Positions 58,634 to 64,000 of a stretch of 64,000 nt of DNA are shown in pieces. The notes beneath the pieces were generated by a model that saw only the letters and a list, made by a program, of their open reading frames with translations, did no database searches and was not told the DNA's origin. Position numbers and translations under genes: made by a program. The first letter of the stretch is position 1, and each line of letters starts with the position of its first letter. The stretch lies in assembly GCA_963668625.2 (NCBI GenBank), contig CAXXKA010000008.1, positions 1,184,001-1,248,000 on the forward strand, given 5' to 3'. Source of the stretch: an uncultured candidate division Zixibacteria bacterium. GTDB taxonomy: Bacteria > Zixibacteria > MSB-5A5 > UBA10806 > 4484-95.

Positions 58634-59293
58634 TTGATTACACTCGATGACATAAAACAAAACCCAAAAATATCGGAATTAATCAGCAAGGCCGATGAAT
58701 TTTTAGGTGTTATAGGATACACCGAACATGGCGACCGTCACTGCTCTTTAGCGGCTAATATTGCCTACAATATCATGATTCGTCTCGGCAAAGGCGAACG
58801 CCGCGCCCAACTGGCAGCTATTGCCGGCTATACGCACGATATCGGAAATGTCATTAACCGTGACTATCACGCTCAAACAGCGGCGGTTATGGCTATGCAA
58901 ATCCTGGATGAGATGGGCATGGAATCGAAAGATATCATCGAGATTATTGCCGCAATCGGTAATCACGATGAGAAAGACGGCAGCCCGGTATCGGATATCT
59001 GCGCCGCGGTAATTCTGGCAGATAAATCCGATGTGCATCAGTCGCGTGTAAGGACTACCGAGTTTATCAAAAAAGATATTCACGACAGAGTAAATTACGC
59101 CGCAAAGTCATCCTTTTTAAGGGTTGACGATGTTAAGAAAAAGGTAGTATTAGAGATAAAAATCGATACTACGGTATCCTCGGTAATGGAGTATTTCGAA
59201 ATATTCCTTTCGCGAATGACAGTGTGCAGGCGCGCCGCCGAGTTTTTGGGTTTGAAATTTGAATTGGAGATAAACGGTCAAAAACTAACATGA
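58634..59293 (+). CDS. HD-domain phosphohydrolase
   Basis: GYTEHG.RH, THDIGN..NR..H, IGNHDE, LADKSDVH, DIHDRVNYA. Confidence 0.88.
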   Translation: MITLDDIKQNPKISELISKADEFLGVIGYTEHGDRHCSLAANIAYNIMIRLGKGERRAQLAAIAGYTHDIGNVINRDYHAQTAAVMAMQILDEMGMESKDIIEIIAAIGNHDEKDGSPVSDICAAVILADKSDVHQSRVRTTEFIKKDIHDRVNYAAKSSFLRVDDVKKKVVLEIKIDTTVSSVMEYFEIFLSRMTVCRRAAEFLGLKFELEINGQKLT

Positions 59294-60330
59294 GCGAAAA
59301 AAAATCTCAGTACGCCCTGGCCGGTGTCGATATCGACGCCGCCGACAAAGCTAAATCCCTCATGAAAAAGATGGTCGAATCGACCTACAACGGTTCGGTG
59401 GTGGGTGGTCATGGCGCGTTTGGGGGAATGTATTCGTTAAAACAGATCACCGGCACCGACCAGGTGATTATAGGTTCTGCCGATGGCGTCGGCACCAAGC
59501 TGAAGCTGGCGATCATGACAGGCGTTCATAATACGGTGGGCCAGGATCTGGTAAACCATTGTGTTGATGATATCCTGTGTTGTGGCGCTAAACCGCTTTT
59601 TTTCTTTGACTATATGGGGCTAGGCAGCATGAAAGGCGATATCGTAACCTCGATAGTCGAGGGATTGGCGATTGCCTGCAAACAAAACGATATGGTACTG
59701 CTGGGCGGAGAAACCGCCGAGATGCCCGGTTTTTACGGTGATGATGAATACGACCTGGCGGGTTTCATAGTCGGCTGGGTTAACAAAGATAAAATCGTTG
59801 ACGGCTCGACTATCAAGGCCGGCGATAAGTTAGTCGGGATGGCCTCGAACGGCCTTCACACCAACGGTTACTCCCTGGCCCGCAGGGCATTTTTCGATAT
59901 AGCTAAATCATCCCCCAGGGATATTATAGAGGAAACCGGAACCACGATCGGAAGCGAATTGTTGAGTATCCATAAATCGTATCTCAAAGCAGTTATGCCA
60001 CTTATTGATGAGGGTATGATCAAAGGTATCGCCCATATCACCGGTGGCGGTTTTGAGGGTAATATCAACAGGATTATGCCGGATGGATTGACCGCGATTG
60101 TGGATACGAAAGCATGGCAGGTTCCCGGAGTTTTCGAAGCGATAGCACGGATTGCCGAGGTTTCACCTCAGGAGATGTATCGGGTGTTTAATATGGGAGT
60201 TGGGATGGTTTTAGTGTGTGATTCGTCCGATTGCGAGAATATACGCGAAAGTATCGAAGCTGCCGATGTTAGAACTTACGAGATAGGCGAAGTGAAATCC
60301 GGCGCAAACAAAGTGGAGCTTATATTTTGA
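59290..60330 (+). CDS. purM: Phosphoribosylformylglycinamidine cyclo-ligase (AIR synthase)
   Basis: Y..AGVDI, DGVGTKL, GA.PLFF.DY, GGETAEMPG, SNGLHTNGYSL, HITGGG, FNMGVG. Confidence 0.97.
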   Translation: MSEKKSQYALAGVDIDAADKAKSLMKKMVESTYNGSVVGGHGAFGGMYSLKQITGTDQVIIGSADGVGTKLKLAIMTGVHNTVGQDLVNHCVDDILCCGAKPLFFFDYMGLGSMKGDIVTSIVEGLAIACKQNDMVLLGGETAEMPGFYGDDEYDLAGFIVGWVNKDKIVDGSTIKAGDKLVGMASNGLHTNGYSLARRAFFDIAKSSPRDIIEETGTTIGSELLSIHKSYLKAVMPLIDEGMIKGIAHITGGGFEGNINRIMPDGLTAIVDTKAWQVPGVFEAIARIAEVSPQEMYRVFNMGVGMVLVCDSSDCENIRESIEAADVRTYEIGEVKSGANKVELIF

Positions 60331-61874
60331 CAGATACTAAACGACCGGTAATGCTTCTTATTATGGATGGCTTCGGGTTAAATCCCGGTGATGAGTCCAA
60401 CGCTATTGAGGCGGCCAATACGCCCAATTTCGATAAATACTGGAGTGAATATCCCCATACTCAAATAGGCGCCTCAGGCTTATCTGTGGGATTACCCGAG
60501 GGACAGATGGGTAACTCCGAGGTGGGGCATCTCAATTTTGGCGCAGGCAGAGTGGTTTATCAAGAGGTCACCCGCATCGATAAGTCCATCTCGGATGGTG
60601 ATTTTTTCGAGAATGAGGTTTTAAATAAGGCTATAGACCGCGCCGCTAAAATCGGTCACTCGGTTCACCTGATGGGGCTGTTATCCGATGGCAAAGTGCA
60701 CTCCTCGATGGATCATCTTTATGGCCTTTTAGAGCTATGCAAACGCAAGAATTTCGATAAGGTATACATTCACGCTTACCTCGATGGCCGCGATACCTCG
60801 CCGACCTCCGGCGCCGGATTCATTCGGCAAATCCTGGATAAAATCGAGGAGATAGGTGTCGGCAAGCTGGTTTCGGTTATCGGCCGTTATTATGCTATGG
60901 ACCGCGATAAAAGATGGCCGCGTAATAAAATAGCCTACGATTTGCTAACCAGGGGAGAGGGCGAAAGCACGGATGATTTTATCGAGACAGTAAAAGAGCA
61001 CTACGATAAAGACAACACCGATGAGTTCATGGAGGCCATAACTATCTCCGATGCCTCGGAAGGCGATGGATATATAGGGGATGATGACAGCGTGATATTT
61101 TTCAATTTCCGAGCCGATAGGGCTCGGCAGTTGAGCCATGCCCTGACCGATGAGGATTTCGACGGGTTCGAGAAGACGCCTAATGTGCTGGTTCATCTCG
61201 TCTCCCTTACTCAATATGAACTAGACCTTAAAGCCGAGGTAGCTTACCCGCAGGTGAAACTCGATCGGATTTTTGGCGAGGTGGTTGCCGAAAACAACCT
61301 GAAACAGCTCCGAATCGCCGAGACCGAGAAATATCCTCATGTTACGTTTTTCTTCAACGGCGGCGTTGAGAAAGAGTTTAATGGCGAGGATCGTAAACTA
61401 ATTGCCTCCCCCAGGGTGGCGACTTATGATTTACAGCCGGAGATGTCGGCCTTCGAGGTCGCAGATGAGGTTCTTGCGGCGATAGAGTCGGAAAAGTATG
61501 ATGTCATTATCCTGAATTTCGCCAACTGTGATATGGTCGGACACACCGGAGTTTTTAAGGCCGCGGTGAAAGCGGTCGAGACTGTCGATACCTGCATGGG
61601 CAAAGTTGTCGAGGCAGTCAAGGCCAAAGGCGGTGTAGCGATGGTTACGGCCGATCACGGTAATGCCGACAAAATGAGGGAGACCGACGGTAAGCCGTTT
61701 ACCGCGCACACGACCAACCCGGTGCCGTTTATTCTCATCGGAGATGACAACAAAGATATCGAGTTGCGCGAAGGCGGTATTTTAGCTGATGTTGCACCGA
61801 CTATGCTTTACTACCTGGGTATCAATAAACCATCAAGGATGACCGGTAAATCTCTCCTGGTCGATCACGAATAG
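60327..61874 (+). CDS. gpmI: 2,3-bisphosphoglycerate-independent phosphoglycerate mutase
   Basis: LLIMDGFG, GQMGNSEVGH, DGRDT, GRYYAMDRD, NFRADR, AETEKYPHVTFF, DMVGHTG, ADHGNAD. Confidence 0.97.
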   Translation: MTDTKRPVMLLIMDGFGLNPGDESNAIEAANTPNFDKYWSEYPHTQIGASGLSVGLPEGQMGNSEVGHLNFGAGRVVYQEVTRIDKSISDGDFFENEVLNKAIDRAAKIGHSVHLMGLLSDGKVHSSMDHLYGLLELCKRKNFDKVYIHAYLDGRDTSPTSGAGFIRQILDKIEEIGVGKLVSVIGRYYAMDRDKRWPRNKIAYDLLTRGEGESTDDFIETVKEHYDKDNTDEFMEAITISDASEGDGYIGDDDSVIFFNFRADRARQLSHALTDEDFDGFEKTPNVLVHLVSLTQYELDLKAEVAYPQVKLDRIFGEVVAENNLKQLRIAETEKYPHVTFFFNGGVEKEFNGEDRKLIASPRVATYDLQPEMSAFEVADEVLAAIESEKYDVIILNFANCDMVGHTGVFKAAVKAVETVDTCMGKVVEAVKAKGGVAMVTADHGNADKMRETDGKPFTAHTTNPVPFILIGDDNKDIELREGGILADVAPTMLYYLGINKPSRMTGKSLLVDHE

Positions 61875-61884
61875 AATGTAACAA

Positions 61885-63390
61885 TTGCGCAATTCTACTA
61901 AAATATGGCTTTTGACTCTTTCAGCGTTGCTCGCCGCAATTGCATTTCCGCCATATAAGTTCGGTTTTCTGGCTTATTTTTCTTTAATATTATTTCTTGT
62001 AGTATTAGATAATTCGCCCACCAGGATATCGGTCGCATATGGTTTTATCTGGGGATTGGTATTTAACCTTGGCACTTTGTACGGTGTGTTCTGGGCTACG
62101 ATCGGCGGCTCGTTCGGGATGCTCGCGGCTGTCTCGTTGATATTCGCGACAATTGCCTTAGCTTATAAATTCGTATCCAATAAATCGAAAATTCTTGGTT
62201 ATATTATCTGGCCGATGCTCTGGGTTGGCTGGGATTACCTTCGCACATTAACCGAATTGAATTTCCCCTGGACCGATTTCGGTTATACTCAGGCATATTA
62301 TTTACCCTTAATTCAGGTTGCCGATATATTCGGTGTTTTCGGAATTTCAATGATGATTTATACGGTCAACGTGCTTTTGTATATTACTATTAAATCAGAA
62401 TTCAGGAATAAAACCAGATTAGCATCGCTGGTAATCGCAATGCTTCTTCCCGTTATATTTACAATTTATGGCTTAATCCGTCTGCCGGAGCAAAGCCCGG
62501 AGGGGTCGCTTGATATAGCTCTCGTACAGGGCAATATCGATCGTGAAACAAAATGGAAAAGCGGTGGTCGGGCGATCAGTTTCGCCACATATTTGAACAT
62601 GACACGCGAGGCCATCGAGCATGATGTCGACCTGGTAATATGGCCTGAAACAGCCATGCCTTACTATCTTTTACACAAACAAAGACATCTGAAAAGAGTA
62701 AAAGATATTGTGGACAGTTCGAATGTGAGTATACTGACAGGCATCCCTCATTACGTTTCGTTGAATCGTGGTGAGTATATCTACTTTAATGCCGCCGCGC
62801 TCGTCTCTCCCGGTGTGGATACGATTCCGCATTACGAGAAAGTCAAGCTGGTGCCGGGAAGTGAGCGTATACCGTTTTCCGGGCGATTCAAAGTGCTAAA
62901 AGAGATCAGGCTCGGCAATGCCGATTTCTCCTCCGGCAGATACCGGACGATTTTCGAGTTGAACGATATCAAGTTCGCAGTGGCAATTTGCTTCGAGTCA
63001 GCATTCCCCGATTACTGCGCCGAGTTTTGCCGTGAAGGCGCGGAATTTCTGGTGGTGATTACCAATGATATGTGGTTCGGGCCATCGGGGATGCCGTACT
63101 CTCATGCTATGATGTCGGCTTTTCGGGCTATAGAAAACCGCGTGCCGATTGCCAGATGCGCCAATACCGGTGTTTCTATGTTTTTCGATAAATATGGTCG
63201 GGTTTCGGGTGAAACTTCTACTCATGAGCGTTTGAACAGTTATGGCTCGATAGCGCCCGAAAAATCCAAAAGCCTGTACAATCGTTGGGGGGATTTCGTA
63301 CCCCGCGGATGTGTGTTTGGTTCGTTGATGATGATAATTGTAGTTGCGTTTTTAAAACGAGGAAAATATAATGAAGAACATGAAAGCTAA
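61885..63390 (+). CDS. lnt: Apolipoprotein N-acyltransferase
   Basis: TM N-terminus, FPW..GYTQ, VQGNI, WPETA, K.KLVP..E, ICFES, TND.WFG, RAIENR, ANTGVS. Confidence 0.95.
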   Translation: MRNSTKIWLLTLSALLAAIAFPPYKFGFLAYFSLILFLVVLDNSPTRISVAYGFIWGLVFNLGTLYGVFWATIGGSFGMLAAVSLIFATIALAYKFVSNKSKILGYIIWPMLWVGWDYLRTLTELNFPWTDFGYTQAYYLPLIQVADIFGVFGISMMIYTVNVLLYITIKSEFRNKTRLASLVIAMLLPVIFTIYGLIRLPEQSPEGSLDIALVQGNIDRETKWKSGGRAISFATYLNMTREAIEHDVDLVIWPETAMPYYLLHKQRHLKRVKDIVDSSNVSILTGIPHYVSLNRGEYIYFNAAALVSPGVDTIPHYEKVKLVPGSERIPFSGRFKVLKEIRLGNADFSSGRYRTIFELNDIKFAVAICFESAFPDYCAEFCREGAEFLVVITNDMWFGPSGMPYSHAMMSAFRAIENRVPIARCANTGVSMFFDKYGRVSGETSTHERLNSYGSIAPEKSKSLYNRWGDFVPRGCVFGSLMMIIVVAFLKRGKYNEEHES

Positions 63391-64000
63391 GTTTATAATT
63401 ATTTACGTTTCATTAGTTGCTTTCTCCTCAGTCTCTATGGGGGCTATCGGACAATGGCAGAACTATACTAACATGAATAACGCTCAGGGTATCATCGCGG
63501 ATAGCTCGGAAATTTGGTGCATAACGACCGGTGGACTCCTGAAATACGATACCGAAACCGAAGAGGCGACTAAATATCTTAATTCCGATGGCCTCGGCGA
63601 TATAAATCTGGTTTCGATTGAGATAGATAGCGCCGGAACGGTGTTTATCGGCGGCACCAATAATACGCTTACCCGAATTTCGAGTGACGGTCAGATAAGC
63701 GTCGATGAGTATGAATTCAGTAATGAAATTCTATATGCGCTGAATGATTTATATGCTGATGGTGATATACTCTGGGTGGCTACCGGAGTAGGTGTTGCTA
63801 AATATCTGATTTATAATAACGACGGCGAATTCCAGGAAACCTATTCGAATCTGGGAGATCTTCCCCGAGAGGAATCCGTGCAAGCTATTATAAGTATAGC
63901 TGACCATATCTGGGCCGGCACGGGTAGCGGGCTTGCCTACGCCGACAAAAATAATCAATTACTTCAAAACCCCGATAACTGGAGTACGATCACTGCCGGT
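63371..64000 (+). CDS. Secreted beta-propeller protein, PorZ-like N-terminus; runs off the right edge
   Basis: Absent from the ORF track. Signal peptide, GQWQNYTN, IWCITTGGL, NSDGL, LWVATGVG, FQETY.NLG, LQNPDNW. Confidence 0.7.
   Translation, partial: MKNMKAKFIIIYVSLVAFSSVSMGAIGQWQNYTNMNNAQGIIADSSEIWCITTGGLLKYDTETEEATKYLNSDGLGDINLVSIEIDSAGTVFIGGTNNTLTRISSDGQISVDEYEFSNEILYALNDLYADGDILWVATGVGVAKYLIYNNDGEFQETYSNLGDLPREESVQAIISIADHIWAGTGSGLAYADKNNQLLQNPDNWSTITAG

Noticed and set aside
1-64000. tRNA, rRNA, prophage or integrase genes
   Set aside because: No cloverleaf with a T-loop signature, rRNA-like stretch, or phage/integrase motif was recognised by eye. A tRNAscan-SE and cmscan run would be needed to exclude divergent RNAs.

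Overview
Chromosomal segment from a Gram-negative, probably anaerobic FCB-group bacterium. Dockerin-type and 'NYPNPFNA...KMLLLK' C-terminal sorting domains point to candidate division Zixibacteria or a relative; this is inference only. The window holds about 44 genes. Housekeeping genes include luxS-mtnN, csaA, hflKC, thiN, valS, priA, purM, gpmI and lnt. It also has a TPP-riboswitch-controlled thiamine uptake operon (TonB receptor plus SSS symporter), large secreted proteins (gingipain-like C25 peptidase, beta-helix protein, M28 peptidase) and an uncharacterised DUF362/polyferredoxin/DUF6599 redox module. Non-coding features include an AT-rich DnaA-box region that may be oriC, two clear miniature transposon-like insertions into palindromes and several REP-like palindromes. 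Three +1 frameshifts lie within 4 kb and may be sequencing errors. The best candidate for a new system is an AT-rich gene after valS (48209-50962). It fuses a defence-type SIR2 NADase directly to twelve near-identical 105-bp/35-aa TPR/HAT-like repeats whose variation is concentrated at groove-lining positions, and a ParB/Srx-like gene follows 17 bp later. No rRNA, tRNA, CRISPR array or intact transposase was found. All family assignments come from motif recognition, not database searches.
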